A stretch of 63,946 bases of DNA, filler included, from Lenisia limosa (GCA_001655205.1; 13 parts of 13 records of this genome joined end to end with filler, not necessarily neighbours in it), one strand, 5' to 3'; counted from the first letter of the whole stretch, positions 12,030-25,846 are shown. Made by a program: numbers and translations. Notes: generated by a model from the sequence alone, not told the origin.

Positions 12030-15000
12030 TAAATTTCTTTGGATTTCCATAAAAAAACATGGGGGTTCCCGTGAAAGAATGGGAATTCCAACTGTTTCAT
12101 AAGAATCTCAAGTCGATGCGCCGTCGTGGGCAGTTTGGTTTTGGCAAAGATTTGATTGAATCGATGAAATCTTATAATATACGCAATTTCTTTGTAATTT
12201 ATCGGTATTTAACTTGATTCTTGTCAGTGTATCTAATCTCACAGACAAGAATCTTCATGACAAGATTTCACACAGAAGTTATGTTGTTTTCTCGGTAGTG
12301 TAGTGTACTTTTAGGTTTTGTAGGTTTGAATGGTTTGTTGTATTTATTGCTTTCGGCTATCATGTTTAGTTGAAATGGTCTTAATTCGAACCTCTATTAC
12401 GAAAAGTATCGATATTCTGGCTTTTTGTGACCGGAGTAAAGCCCCAAATAACTGACAGGTAAACTTCTTGCCACCCCCACCCCCCCACCCCCAAAGTTAT
12501 TGCATAAGTGTATCATTTAGATACTCCTTGAGCCCCAGAAATATTTTGAAAGTTACATCCCACATAGTCAAGCATTTCACAACAAGTCACTATGAAGGAG
12601 GAGTCATCATCATGTACTCAAGGGACATGGCTAGAAAGATTAGTATAAATGTCAGCTCCAGGATATTCTCGAACTAATGGAATCACGTCCTCACAAAGAT
12701 TTCTCGACAAATTCTCGAACACTGATAATTAATCGGGCTCTTTCGAACCGAAGTGAAGTTCTACTTTCACCATTTTCACTCGTTTGTTTTTTCCTTCTAT
12801 ACATATGTATATATACTGTAGAGCTATACATGTAGCCCGCAAGAACCAAGAATGACAGTGGTTTCCCATTATCATATTAAAAATACTATTACCCACCATC
12901 AAGCTTGGGGCTATCTCGCATGGATGTTCGCAAATGGGCAAAGTGACGGGAAGCCGTCATCTCTGTCCAATAAAACAACAAGGTTTCCGTGCAATTTATT
13001 GATATAATTTGAAAAGTCAGAAATGGAACTTTCGTTAGAATATTCCACTTCAAATTTGAATTTTTCAAAAAATTGCACAGATTCCTGAAACCAATGAAAC
13101 TCTGACGAAAAGGTCTGGTCCTTTTCAACGTGGAAATAGTTATGAAACTGGGTCAGACCTTATCTTGACACAGTCTCTTTCTTCTATTTTGTTATTTGAT
13201 ACGGGACTAGCGATATTGATTAAACCCCCCAACCGTCTGAAAGACAGTTTGACATTTTTGAACTCGTTGTTCTTGACTTCTTTTGGCCGACAATACTCGA
13301 GTTGCCCCCATGTCTTGCGAAGTGCGGCACCTGGCAATTGAAATGTGTTAATGAGTATTTCCAAAGATAAATTGAATTCGTAGAGCTTTATTGCAATGAA
13401 ACATTTATACCTTCAAGAAAATTATCCCTTTGTAGAGGTATTAGTGTGTGGAATTGGAGCTATATAAGTTCACACCTGTTTTTGTTGCCCCTTGAATCAG
13501 CCATGAGTTCAATTCTCTTGATTATTCTTAATCCGTATATCTGGTGGAATATATGATATTGGTCATACAATAGTAACTAAAATACACCCATAATTACCTC
13601 CGTATATCATAGTATGTATGTTTAGATCATATTTTTAATAAAATTGTACAAAAACTCAATACTGATGCTGTCCCCATCCTACATGAGTTGCACATATCAC
13701 GCTATTTGACGTGACTAGAGTGTCAGAGTAGTAGCAAATCAATAAGGAAGGTTATACTGAGGATACTGAGATACAGGACAATACGACATAGAAATTTACG
13801 TGTGACAATTTGTAACGCTAATCTAAGATGCATTCGTGAGGTTAGTGTTATAAGACTACATTGTCAGACATCATTTTTATAATAATACATGATAATAAGA
13901 ATATGACCAGAAATCGTGTTAACCATGTACCATTATTAACGGTCACTTTATCGGTACATTATTACGTCAAAGGAGTCAATCTGCCTATTCTTACATTCTA
14001 TGTATGTGTATGAAGGAAGATTCATCATGCATTTCGAAAGACAAAAAACTGAATCAGAGCTCCTCATAATCTATACAATGTTGCTTAACCATGGTACTAA
14101 CCTTTTTTTGAGTAGTGTGCCGATGACGGAATTGGGAGGGGGCTGGTTCCGAGAGTTAGTCTGGATGCTTAGAACGGCCTGCTTTCATACAGTGACCGCG
14201 ATAAGTCCTGACATAAGCAACTTTATTCAATCTTGGCAAAACTTATCGCAGTCAGTATATACACCAATAATATATCTATTATTATAATTGTAACTACTTA
14301 AAGTTATGTATTTTACTGTGTGCCAAAATGGTAAGAACTGGGACATATCAAATTTCACTACTATAATCTCGGTTGAATATACCTATAACAATGTGTAATT
14401 AATTGAAAAATGATTTTCAACATTTGATCATGATAATGAGAACCCTACACCAAACATTTAAATTTCTATTTTGTCGATTAATTTCAAAAAATTTATTCCA
14501 AGGGGCCCTCAAAACACAAGCGCCACCTACTGGGCCATCTCAGGAAGTTGGGACATAGACTGCGTTAGATCATTGAATTGCATTTCGAGGGTGTGTATGG
14601 GGCTACTCGGTCAATAACCATGTATAAGACAAAGCCAAAGGCTCATTTTATGTGAATTTTCACGTTTAAAGCGGCAATTTGTTAACATCTAGTTCGTATA
14701 TGTAAAAAGGATCCAAATAAATTCCAAATTACTGCTGCGCACCTGATGATTTCATCATCATCGGAGTCATCAAGACAGAGGTCTGGAAGGGACTGTGTGA
14801 TCAGTGCTAAAATGGTTAGTGACAATTTTATTAGTACTAAAACTGTCACTATCAGACGACAGCACTAAAATAATGTTGAAAGCTGATTGTGATAATCGTC
14901 ACCCACAGTTCAGTTGTGCAAGGCTCGGAGGCTCAGACTCTGCTGATGTCTTTAGCACCTGGGATGTTAAGATATTTTAATGGTATGATTGAATATTTTA

Positions 15001-15570
15001 ATGGTATGTTGAATATTTTAATGTGATGTTCGAATAAATTATTTATGTTCAAACAAAATGAGATGTTATAACAATTCAGTTTGGTCAACTGCTCGTAAGA
15101 AACAGAAATTCAATGGATTATCTGTGACAATCAAATTAGGTGACTGCGTACAAAATGGACAAATTCAAATGCAATTATAAATATATCCTTCAAGCATGGT
15201 ATAAGATATTTCCAATAATTTTGACCTCACCTCTTCCATGAAGTTGAGATCTGGATCCGAACGAGTAAGCGAGTGTCGACTAAGAGGTGCGCTGAAATAA
15301 GTGAAAACGAAGAAAACATATTCTGAGTTTAAGTTGAGCTGTGGAAAAGAAACAAATTTATGAGAAATAAAAGAAAGCTGAATCTTAGGTTGCACTTCCG
15401 TTCGAAAAAACTGAATTTTTTGATAAATCCTTGAAAACTTTCACTGTTTTACAGATCTTTTTTGAACCAAATTGAATCCCTTCTTATCCCTCCTACTTCA
15501 CCATCCCAGTGAAAGGCATGCTTGCTGGTTCGTCAGGTGCTCTGAAATTGTGATATATATGCTGCTGCAC
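12030..15570 (-). CDS. Hypothetical multi-exon gene with long AT-rich introns
   Basis: Scattered GT-AG exons: QHIYHNFRAPDEPASMPFTGM, APLSRHSLTRSDPDLNFMEE, VLKTSAESEPPSLAQLN, DLCLDDSDDDEII, GAALRKTWGQLEYCRPKEVKNNEFKNVKLSFR and RHFAHLRTSMRDSPKLD. Connectivity not established. Confidence 0.35.
14190..14255. mobile_element. MITE family B (Tc1/mariner-type), diverged copy
   Basis: ta-cagtgaccgcgataagt ... acttatcgcagtcag-ta, a degenerate version of the 50413 element. Confidence 0.6.
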
Positions 15571-15712
15571 CAAAACCGTGTCATTAATTCAGAAACCGTG
15601 TCATTAATTCAGNNNNNNNNNNNNNNNNNNNNNNNNNNNNNNNNNNNNNNNNNNNNTTAATTAATTAANNNNNNNNNNNNNNNNNNNNNNNNNNNNNNNN
15701 NNNNNNNNNNNN

Positions 15713-18700
15713 AGGACAATCGCAAAACCAATCCCCGTCACTCTATGTATGCAATGTAAGTGAAGAAACACAACAGCTGATTTCGATGTCCGTGACATTT
15801 TGATTTACTCCACTCGTCATAAAAGAGAAACTAAAAAAGGTAATCCCTTCCCCCCCTATGATACCAACAGGAGGAGCCCAATTCCCACCATTTGAAGGCC
15901 GGGATGTTGGAGTTGTGGATTGGTCCGCCAACAGCGAACATCTGAAAAGTCACAATAACATATCATACAATACCATATCCCTAAATGTCAAATATGATAA
16001 ACCATATACCCAGGGCTTCCCTTCGGTCCCATAATTTCACGAAAAATCCTCGATAAATATCGATATTTTGTTGGTCTTTTTCAGAGCGTAGGGAAGCCTA
16101 TTACGTGGCAAACATCTGAAATAATTCAAAATACCCTCCCCCACGGTCTGATCCCTCATAAAGCTCTCATAATCAGTGACCTTGGCGTCGTAGGTTCCGG
16201 CCAGGCGCGGGCGCTCGGTGTCGAGGTCAAAACGGGATGCAATCTGGTTTCCTAATAGGGTAAGTATGATTCTGGTTTCCTAGCTCCACTCAGTAACATA
16301 CCAGGGTGACCAAGAGCGAGAGGGTCGTTTTTGTAATCATTTTGGCTACAGAGTTAGTGAAAGTGGCAATTTAGCTCTGAAATTCTAGTAACCTTGAGTG
16401 CCCCCACCCACACACCCCGAATCACCCCCATTATCAATATTCTTCATCGAAATTTCCTACACCATTCTATTTCCTTACACCACCCCGCACCGAATAACCT
16501 CCATCATGTCCTTGACGTTCATGACACTCTGCGCGTCACGTCGGAAGATGGTGGCGCGCGGGCACTGGGAAGGGAGGGAATAACATGAGGAGGGCTGTAT
16601 ATGCCTGGCTACATCATCCACACATATCATTTGATAAAAGTCTTGGAAGGGTGCACGAGTTTCCACTCCTTTTGTGATAGTTGACCCCCTGCCACAATTT
16701 TAAAACCACGTCACACCCCTTCCCACCATTTGGTAGGTGAAATAGTTGCCATGAACCTCAGTGTACTTCTTGTAGCCGAGATAGTCGAAAATCTCGTCAA
16801 AGTAGGGGATATTGAAAGAGGGCCAGAATCTGGGGGGAGGTGAAATAAGAATGGCACAAACCCTGTATCACTAGACTGAATTTCTCGATAAATCCTCGAT
16901 AAATATATATTTGACCGGTCTTTTTTGGAAGCCCTACTTATCACTACGACAGAAGTCTCGTTGTTTCCAATGAGACCTTGTTCCATGCTAATTACACAAC
17001 TATACAACTCATCCATATGTTCCCTATTAGTGCTTCCCATCGGTCCGAAAGTGAAAGTCAAATCGGTATTTATCGAGGATTTATCGAGAAATTCGGTCTA
17101 TTTTGGAAACATAGGGAAGCCCTACTCCCAATCTCTCAAAAAAAAGAAAGAATTTCCCTCAAAGCCTCCATGAATCTGCTACAGTCTTCTTCGGNNNNNN
17201 NNNNNNNNNNNNNNNNNNNNNNNNNNNNNNNNNNNNNNNNNNNNNNNNNNNNNNNNNNNNNNNGTCGGTCATATCCCTATCAACTATAAGGCCAGGAGCT
17301 TGCTCCAAAACGCTGAAGGAGTCAAAAAACGGTTCAGGAAGGAAAAAAGCAAAGCTGTTATTTTGTCAAAAAAAACTTGAGAAGAGGTTTATCAATACTA
17401 TACAAGTTATCAACCAAGTAAAATTCCAACAGGGGGGGGGGGGCGGGGGGCTTACCGGAANNNNNNNNNNNNNNNNNNNNNNNNNNNNNNNNNNNNNNNN
17501 NNNNNNNNNNNNNNNNNNNNNNNNNNNNNNNNNNNNNNNNNNNNNNNNNNNNNNNNNNNNNNNNNNNNNNNNNNNNNNNNNNNNNNNNNNNNNNNNNNNN
17601 NNNNNNNNNNNNNNNNNNNNNNNNNNNNNNNNNNNNNNNNNNNNNNNNNNNNNNNNNNNNNNNNNNNNNNNNNNNNNNNNNNNNNNATTTGTTGTCCCAA
17701 AAAAAGATTGCTTTTCGATAAATTAGCTCCAAAATTAATCATTTTCCCGTCTCTTCATAATTTGCCACATTCTCGCCCGCAATTCAGCGAAAAAAAAAAA
17801 TCGCTAATTGTTTCCTCCTACTTATAAGCCGCATCCCATTGTCANNNNNNNNNNNNNNNNNNNNNNNNNNNNNNNNNNNNNNNNNNNNNNNNNNNNNNNN
17901 NNNNNNNNNNNNNNNNNNNNNNNNNNNNNNNNNNNNNNNNNNNNNNNNNNNNCATTGCTCGGGGGTTTTAGCAAGGCGGTTAGCCACCATCACGCGCTCC
18001 CAATACAGCAGGGATTCGGGGATAACTATTGTGTTAACAAAGGTTTATTTTTATTCTTTTGTCATTTGCAATTACGTATAACTTTCCCCCCCCCCCACTA
18101 ATATCGTATAACTTGGGTTCCAGAACGTTAAGAGAAGTCTCAATCACCTAGAAAGTTAATAAAGGGGAATATCACCAAGAAAGTTAATAAAGGGGAAAAT
18201 CACCTAGAAAGTTAATAAAGGGATAATATCTGGGGCCTCTAGCTCAAAAACTGCTAGGGTGGATAGCACCCCCCTACCTGGAGCCCTTGGGATGTGAGGT
18301 AAAAGTCATCATTTGAGGACACCGCACCAGTGTAAGACGACATATGAACCTGGGATGTGAACATGAACCTGGGGGGGGGGGGGGNNNNNNNNNNNNNNNN
18401 NNNNNNNNNNNNNNNNNNNNNNNNNNNNNNNNNNNNNNNNNNNNNNNNNNNNNNNNNNNNNNNNNNNNNNNNNNNNNNNNNNNNNNNNNNNNNNNGGAAC
18501 TCCACACACACAAAAAAACAACATGAACGGAGCCGGGCAAATAAATCGGGAGGGGGGTAAAGTTGAAATGATGAAAGAAGCTATCACGAGGATTCATCCC
18601 GAGTGTATCAGAGTTATCAATTATTGCGCGAGTTGAATAACAGTTTACCCGTGCGAAAATGTCCCCACATACGCGAACAAAGTCGCCGTTAGCATTGGGG

Positions 18701-21139
18701 AAGTTGGTCTTTTTGATGACACGGGCGGCTGACGCGGCGTATGTGAACCATCTNNNNNNNNNNNNNNNNNNNNNNNNNNNNNNNNNNNNNNNNNNNNNNN
18801 NNNNNNNNNNNNNNNNNNNNNNNNNNNNNNNNNNNNNNNNNNNNNNNNNNNNNNNNNNNNNNNNNNNNNNNNNNNNNNNNNNNNNNNNNNNNNCAGGGTG
18901 AAGCAAAACACTACTGCATACACGGGGTGAAGCAAAACACTACTGCACACACGGGGTGATTCGATGGAGGGATATCTCCCATCGAAAAATGAAAGACTCT
19001 CGAGATATTCTGTGCAACGAACAGATTCGCTTACGAGTTATGGGCAGCGATTAAATTCTCCATATCTGGGGTAACGCGGATGAGAGCGGAGCAATGTCCC
19101 TAAAATTTGTCACAACTGCTCCCAATGAAATCGATCTGACAATCTGAATAATCTCCATACACCCACCTGGATGAGGAGTTCAATGTTAGCCTCGGGGGTT
19201 GGGATGTTGTCCCAGTCCTAAGCGGTCAAACTGACGTTGAGCAAGATCATTACTCCCTGCGGTGAAAAAATAACATCATATCGACTGATCCTCGATAAAT
19301 AGAATTTACCCCCCTACAGTACGAGAAGAAGGCTTGAACTTGGCAACAATTTCAAAGAAGTCGCCAAAAGAGGTGGCAAGCATAAAATGGGCAGCGGAGG
19401 ACTTACTAAAAAGGGTAAGTATCAAGGCTTAATTATAGTTCTCATTTCTACATATAAAGGGTAATTACGAGAAAGTAGCAAATAGATGAGGTGGGTTGAT
19501 ACACAGTTAACTACACAACCCACAAAGAGCCTATATATCCGTCTGTCAATTGTGAAACTATGTTTACAAAGAATGTGGCAGATGTGCGACATATAAACAC
19601 ACAAAAAATGGAAATTGAAACCATCCCATATTAAACATGTAGCCCCCCCCCCCCGCGCGCGCGTGCAAAGTAGCATCATTATCCTCCCACAAGGAGGCTA
19701 CTCCCGCATCATTGAAGCCGTCAAGGAGACCGTCAAACTGGTTCAGAGCAAACATGACCTGCAGTTATTATTTGAGGACGGTATTAGGCTTTATTGGAAT
19801 ACAACGAGCGTAGAGCCCCCACCTCATCCCAGAAAGGCTCGCCAGCCCTATCCTGTGCGAAACTCTGCGAAGTTAGAGAAAGGGTGATACACTGTCTACA
19901 AGGATGCCGTTTTACTAGAGATCATTTTCAGTGAGAAAAAAAATGTTCATCTGTCAAATGCACTACATTATCATGTATGTGACGCTCTAAAGGTTACCCA
20001 CACACCTTTGCCCATGTGCGGTGCTTCTCAACAAAGTCGTGGATTTCTGGGAAGTAAACATGACTCGAAAAAGCAGAGCAACAGTACTAAGAAATCGTAA
20101 CGGGACAAAGTCCTCCCCGAATCACCACCCCCAATAGGATACTAATAAGCAACATGAGGTCACCACCCCCAATAGGATACAAATAAGCAACATGAGGTCA
20201 TCACCCCCAATAGGATACAAATATAAGCAACATGAGGTCACCACCCCCCAANNNNNNNNNNNNNNNNNNNNNNNNNNNNNNNNNNNNNNNNNNNNNNNNN
20301 NNNNNNNNNNNNNNNNNNNATCACCCCCATAGGATACAAATAAGCAACATGAGGTCATCACTCCCTCCCAACCTTGAGGAAGATAATCCACATCAGTGTC
20401 GGGGAAGGAGAAGTAGTGGAGGTTCTGATACTGGTTCCAGATACTGCAGCAGTGTGAGGAGTGGAAAATAAGGACTTGGAGCAAAAATAAACCATCTTGC
20501 TTTACATTTCAAAAATATCATCTTAACATGTGAATGTTGGAATTTTCAAGATTGTCTCCACACTTAAGAGTCAAGGTTGAAGATGTACATCACATGTATG
20601 TCTTATCAAAGTGACAGATTTGTGAATCTTTTTTACCCTTAAAATTGATTCCGACACCTTGCCATTGTGATAAAGCAATAGATTAAGACATCTTGCCTCA
20701 GAAATCTAATCAATGTCTTATACATCTTGACAGACACCTGGTCCGCTACAAACGTTCCCGACTGAAATGACAACAGAAGTGATAGAGTTGAGCGTTACGT
20801 GGGACAAAAAAATCCCATCCCACGATTCAGCGGTGACTTTGCCCTCAAGATAGCCTGCTGCGTAGAACTGCACAGCTCGAGAAGAACCATCATTCGGGTT
20901 GATGATCACGTCCATGTCTCCGAAACCATGCTTGGCAATGGTGTTGTTCCAGACCATTTGAGCCTGCCATTCCCCGGATGTTCCTGAATATGATATGACC
21001 TAGCCCTAGAATACTGCAGGAACATACCTCCAGTGATGGAACAGTCCAAGGCTTTGTTGCACTGGACATTATATATTTCTGCGGCTCCCAGGCCAACATA
21101 AATTGCTAATAAAGCAATTAATACACTCTTAATTTTCAT
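15713..21139 (-). CDS. Phospholipase B-like protein (PLBD/laminin A family, secreted or lysosomal Ntn hydrolase); 3' end at scaffold edge
   Basis: Signal peptide MKIKSVLIALLAIYVGLGAA, then exons FYAAGYLEGKVTA, EPFWDE|VMFALNQFDGLLDGFN, GHCSALIRVTPDMENL, RWFTYAASAARVIK, SSYTGAVSSNDDFYLTSQGL, VLEQAPGLIV, PRATIFRRD, QNDYKNDPL, IASRFDL...GTYDAKVT and MFAVGGP...PAFKW. All are characteristic PLB-like motifs in the correct order. Confidence 0.92.
16011..17124. mobile_element. Cluster of MITE family A variant copies (cttccc/gggaag TIR subfamily) at 16011-16100, ~16866-16935 and 17028-17124
   Basis: Same internal ttctcgataaatcctcga core. TIRs read agggcttccc...gggaagcccta; all lie in PLB introns. Confidence 0.7.
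18563..18606 (+). repeat. Dispersed repeat family D (also 57559-57600 on minus and 59544-59588 on plus)
   Basis: Core gtcgaaatgatgaacgaagataacacgagggtt is identical over 33 nt between the 57.6 and 59.5 kb copies and diverged at 18.6 kb. Confidence 0.7.
20122..20360. repeat. Intronic minisatellite, ~37-39 bp unit
   Basis: ccccaataggatacaaataagcaacatgaggtcacca repeated at least 4 times around an N gap. Confidence 0.85.
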
Positions 21140-21268
21140 TTTGAGGCGACAAAAAAGAAATACGATTTTATTTTATAGTCTTCTAATATCGTAACTACTA
21201 TAAAAACTCAAAAAAGTGAAAAAAAGGTCCTCTTAATACTACGTATAAGTGTATTATAACTTTGCACA
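21140..21268. promoter_or_regulatory. Putative bidirectional promoter between divergent PLB-like and PCNA start codons
   Basis: Only 129 bp of AT-rich sequence separates the two ATGs (21139 minus, 21269 plus) on one gap-free stretch. Confidence 0.6.
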
Positions 21269-23058
21269 ATGTTTGAAGCTCGTTTCTCTACTGCTGCTCT
21301 TCTCAAGAAGATTACCGCTTCTCTCTCTGTTGGTTTCCCGTGCTTCAATACGTTGATTTGAATGAAAAGTATATTCTCTTATGCTTCCAGGACCTTTTGA
21401 CCGAGATTTGCATTGATGTTGCCCCTGCTGGAATCTCCATTCAGTCCATGGATTCCTCTATGATCGCTCTTGTGTCTCTTCTTCTTCGGTTGGAAACTTC
21501 TCTGAAAAAATTTGATTTTGGCGCCTTTTTTTTTCTCTTCGTCTTTTACTTTCCAGTGCCGACGGATTCGAGCATTACCGCTGCGATCACAACGCTAGCC
21601 TTGGATTGAACCTTGCTAACCTCAACAAGATCCTAAAGTGCGCCTCCAACGACGACGTTCTTACTCTTAAGGTTGGTTATCTTCCTTCACGCCACCAATT
21701 GACTCTTCTTAGACTGATGATGCTGCTGAGGCCAACTCTCTCACCATCACCTTCGAGAACGACCAGAAGACCCGCACTTCCGAGTTCGAGCTCAAGCTCA
21801 TCGACATTGAGAACGAGAAGCTCGGTAAGCCCTCATGTGGAGATGTTTTGCCGAGTTTTAGGCTACGCGCCATTTTCTCAATTTTTCCCGCCAAAACTCT
21901 TCTCCCCCTCTCTTCCCCTCTTTTGTACACTTTTCACCTTATTAAGCATCTTACGAACATTCTTCATGTCTTCTTCTTCCTGATCTGTGTTTCTTCTATC
22001 CCCTGTTTTCCTTGAAATGATGTGGTCCATGAATCCCGTTGTGTTGTATATTTCCCATTCATCATCACCTTTCAAGTTTTCTTGACTCCCCCCATTCCCC
22101 TCTTTTCAAACCTTAATGCATTTTGCAATAATAGGTTTTTGTTGTTTCATTCTCATACCCCTCGCCAGGCATCCCCGACCAGCAATACCAGAGCAAGGTG
22201 ACCTGCAGCGCCACCCGCACTCAGAACATCTTCCGCGATCTTGCCGTCCTCGGTGAGAGGGGTCTTTGTTTGGTTTTGTTTGCTTGTTGGGGGGGGGGGT
22301 GCTGTTGGTATAGGGTTTAGCATCTATTTGAAACAGGAATGCCAGGTTCGATTATCCCCATTAACCCATTTTGCGACCCTTTTTCCTACATTGACCACCC
22401 CAGGCGAGACCGTTAAGATCACCACCAGCAAGGAAGGCGTCAAGTTCTCTGTCCAAGGTGAGCTTTTTCATAAGTTTTCCTCCCTTTCACCATCCCACCC
22501 CGCCCTCTTCATCCTCATTTCTCACCCGCCGCAGGTGACGTTTCCAACGGCCACATTCTGCTGAAGCAGCACGAGGAGGCTGAGGAAGGCAAGGCCAACG
22601 AAAACGTTCTTATTGAGGTGCGTCTTCTCCTCAAACGTCTTTTGTCTTTGTTTCATGCCATTCAAGCGTTGATTTTGGGCTTCTTTTTTTCTTTTCTGCT
22701 TCTTAAATTTTCCAATTTCACCACCCCCCCTTATTCGTTAACCCTGCAGATGCACGAGGCTCTCAGTCTTGACTTTGCTCTTCGCTACCTTAACTACTTT
22801 GCCAAGGCTTCTTCTCTCTCAGCCAACTGCACCCTTGCTCTTTCCAAGTGGGGAAGCGACTGGCCTGGACTTGATTGGTTTTGTTGCTTTCTTCAACTCT
22901 TGCATTTATGTCAATGTGGCCAAGTTGATTTTGGTGTTTATGTTTCATCAATTTTTCTTTACTCCCCTAGGGACGTGCCTCTTGTCTGCGAGTACACTAT
23001 TGAGGATTTCGGATACATCCGCTTCTACCTTGCCCCCAAGATTGACGAGGACGAGTAG
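21269..23058 (+). CDS. PCNA: Proliferating cell nuclear antigen (DNA sliding clamp), complete, 9 exons
   Basis: Exons 21269-21328, 21391-21488, 21557-21671, 21713-21824, 22169-22252, 22404-22457, 22535-22617, 22750-22847 and 22971-23058. Protein: [91 protein letters not shown]. Confidence 0.98.
22848..22970 (+). repeat. Family C element occupying PCNA intron 8 (intron 7 also carries the 3' motif)
   Basis: GTgggaagcgactggcctggacttgattggttttgttg...gttgattttggtgtttatgtttcatcaatttttctttactcccctAG shares both blocks with 50589-50732. Confidence 0.75.
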
Positions 23059-23549
23059 ATCTCTGATCGCTTCTGCACATTTCGCCGCGTATGCTCCGTG
23101 GTCCCAGGTTCTTTAGTTATGTAGTCGTGTCTTGCCTGTATTTTTTTCTGTAATTTAATGCAATTCGTTGTAAATAGTTATATGTGACAATGGGGGGGGG
23201 GGGCTAATAAAGAAGATTTTGTACTCGTATTACTGGACTGAATTTCATCGTTATAACTTAATACTGTAAAACCTATTATTGACAACAGTTTTGTTTTTCA
23301 TCAACTGCAAAATCCTAGTTGACAGACGCGTCGGTCTGAGCCCCACGAGAGTTCAAAAAATGGCTTCTGCTGACCTTAAAATCTCAAAAATAGACGTTCC
23401 ATCATATACATAAATAACTCAAACCACTACTCTAAGATCTCGACAGTTAGCTTGATGTTTTCGTAGTCTGCCTCCTAAGAGGGGGTGAAACAAAGGAAAC
23501 AAAACCGACGGAAACTTACATGTATCCATATCTCTATCATGATAATATA

Positions 23550-25480
23550 CTATAACACAATACCATCATATGATTTGAATAATACACCATAATACTCTAC
23601 CATATGAGCCAAAGCAGCTGCCGCCGATTTCAAATATTCCTGACCCGTCCACCATCTGGTAGCTGTCATTTCCCCATGCGTCTCGGAAGCGGAACCCAAG
23701 GGCGAAGAACTTATACTGGGGCTAAAGATGAGATGAGTAGCTGTTAATTGAGGGAAGGGGCTTAGCCGGTTTTGATGAATTGGGTTGTCTGATGGGAAGA
23801 ACATAAAGGTTGTCTGATGGGAAGAACATAAAGGTTGTCTGATGGGAAGGGGCGATAATATAAGGGTGGAAGGGTCAAATGATGAGAGGAGAAGTGTCTG
23901 ACTATACATACATGTATGTGGGGGAGGCAGCACCCTTACCCAACATACAGAAAACGTGAGGGAAACAAAGGGGTTATGGAACCCAGTATCTCCAACCTGA
24001 AGAGTTATGCCAAGTCCTAGTCAGAATTTCTTGGGTAACACTTGAAAAAACTGACATTTTCAGAATGTAACACCTCCTTTGTTTTTGTTTATTAAAAAAT
24101 AAGTTCGTAAATGATGTGAAGGTATTGTACCTCTACCCCATTATTATCACTTTTTTTGACTCCTCCCCCCATCTACCACAGAGTTGCAGTAAGACGCTAT
24201 CGACAAGAGCGCCCCCGATAGATGCTTAGCATTGAACGCGGACTGATACTCACTTCGAGGGCTTGCTACATGCTCAGTTTCTTGACATTGATTGGTGGGC
24301 TCCAAAGTACGAGCACATGATATACTTCGAGAATGGCACAGGATAATAAAAGGCGATTGTAATTGATTGTGAATTGAATTGAATGTTCCAATAGTACCCA
24401 CATGTAATATATCCAAAAACACACACATGTAGTAGTATATCCAAATAAGCATTGAATCTCCATGCAACGCTGATGTGAGGTGTGTTTGGGGGGTAGAGGG
24501 TGATGGACATAAATGATAAAAACCCACCTGCATAGTTAACGCAACGCACGCTGCCAGTGGCGTTAACGCGAATGGCGCTCGCACTTTCAAGTCCAACATA
24601 TTCACTTAGATCGAAGGGGTGAAGTATTTCTGGGAGGGGAAGAAATATCAAAGGACGGCAAAGAAAATTCATCTCAATTCAAAGCAGCAATGAAACTTCA
24701 TCTCAATTCAATCTTAAAGCAGCAATGAAACTTCATCCCAATTCAATCTTAAAGCAGTAATGATAATGCATCTCAATTGAAATGAAGAGACACCGTAGTG
24801 AAAATGAAAGAAAATTCCACCCCCTCCCCCCGCCACTCCCCCATNNNNNNNNNNNNNNNNNNNNNNNNNNNNNNNNNNNNNNNNNNNNNNNNNNNNNNNN
24901 NNCCAGAAATTCGGGCAACCGCCCTTCCAAGAGCAGTTGCTTCGTCGAACTAGAGAAGGTTGGGGAGATGGGCGGAAAATTTAATTTTTGTGACTATACT
25001 GGTAGTGAAAGGAAGCCCATCAATATCAATATTATTCTGGAGCCGTAAGGAGCCACCAACCACCAAGCTTCCACTAGCGTCTTTTACATTGTAGCCTGAA
25101 ACAAAGAAGTCAAGGATCTCCCTGGATACGTGAATGGTAGGCACAGTCACTATTCCCTGCTTATCGCATAACTGACGGTGGTCTTGACCGATTATAAAGA
25201 TGGAAAACAAGTATATGGTCAAGACTGGCTTATCATAGTGACTATGTTGTGCCCAGCTTACCGTGGAGTATTTAACGTAACACTGAATACCGTACCTGCG
25301 AACATAAGCAGAAGTAGACTGTAATAATTCAATTTATGACTGAGACTACTACCAAATAACAAATAAGGAACAATGTGGTGGTTTGATTACCATATAAGGA
25401 ACAAATTGGTTCGGACCAGCCATCACTGTCACAACTGGTTGGACCAGTACTAATGTATCCTTTAGGACAGGGCTCCTGAA
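23550..25480 (-). CDS. Hypothetical multi-exon protein, 3' end at 23550
   Basis: Exons PVLKDTLVLVQPVVTVMAGPNQFVPY, QDHRQLCDKQGIVTVPTIHVSREILDFFVSGYNVKD, FDEATALGRAVARISG, EYVGLESASAIRVNATGSVRCVNYA, SEYQSAFNAKHLSGALLSIASYCNS and GSASETHGEMTATRWWTGQEYLKSAAAALAHMVEYYGVLFKSYDGIVL*. Confidence 0.55.
23783..23847. repeat. Intronic tandem repeat, 25 bp unit
   Basis: ggttgtctgatgggaagaacataaa, about 2.7 copies. Confidence 0.85.
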
Positions 25481-25846
25481 GTGTGAGCAAGTACAAACAT
25501 AGTTAGTTACATATACTACACAGAAGGGGGGTAACAAGAAGGAAATTTGGATGAAGCATAGTGGCGTAAAGATACTAATCACGAACCAAATAATCTCAAA
25601 CTCCAAGCTGTATCATATGTAATTATGAGAATTTCTAAGGGGTATCTAACTGAAGCAATGACACCATGATTTGTAGGCAGCATACTATTTACCAGGTACA
25701 ATCTAACGTATTAACTCATGCAAAATAACCCCACGCTATTTGTGCCATTTCCAAAAGTGGGTGAATACTCCGCGTTTTTCAAATGCTCAATTGGAGGGCT
25801 GCGGCACCGTGTGGCTAAATGTATTAAAAAAACCCACTATCGTTTG

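Noticed and set aside
17358-18950. ORFs containing long X runs, here and throughout the window
   Set aside because: They are open only because N gaps contain no stop codons.
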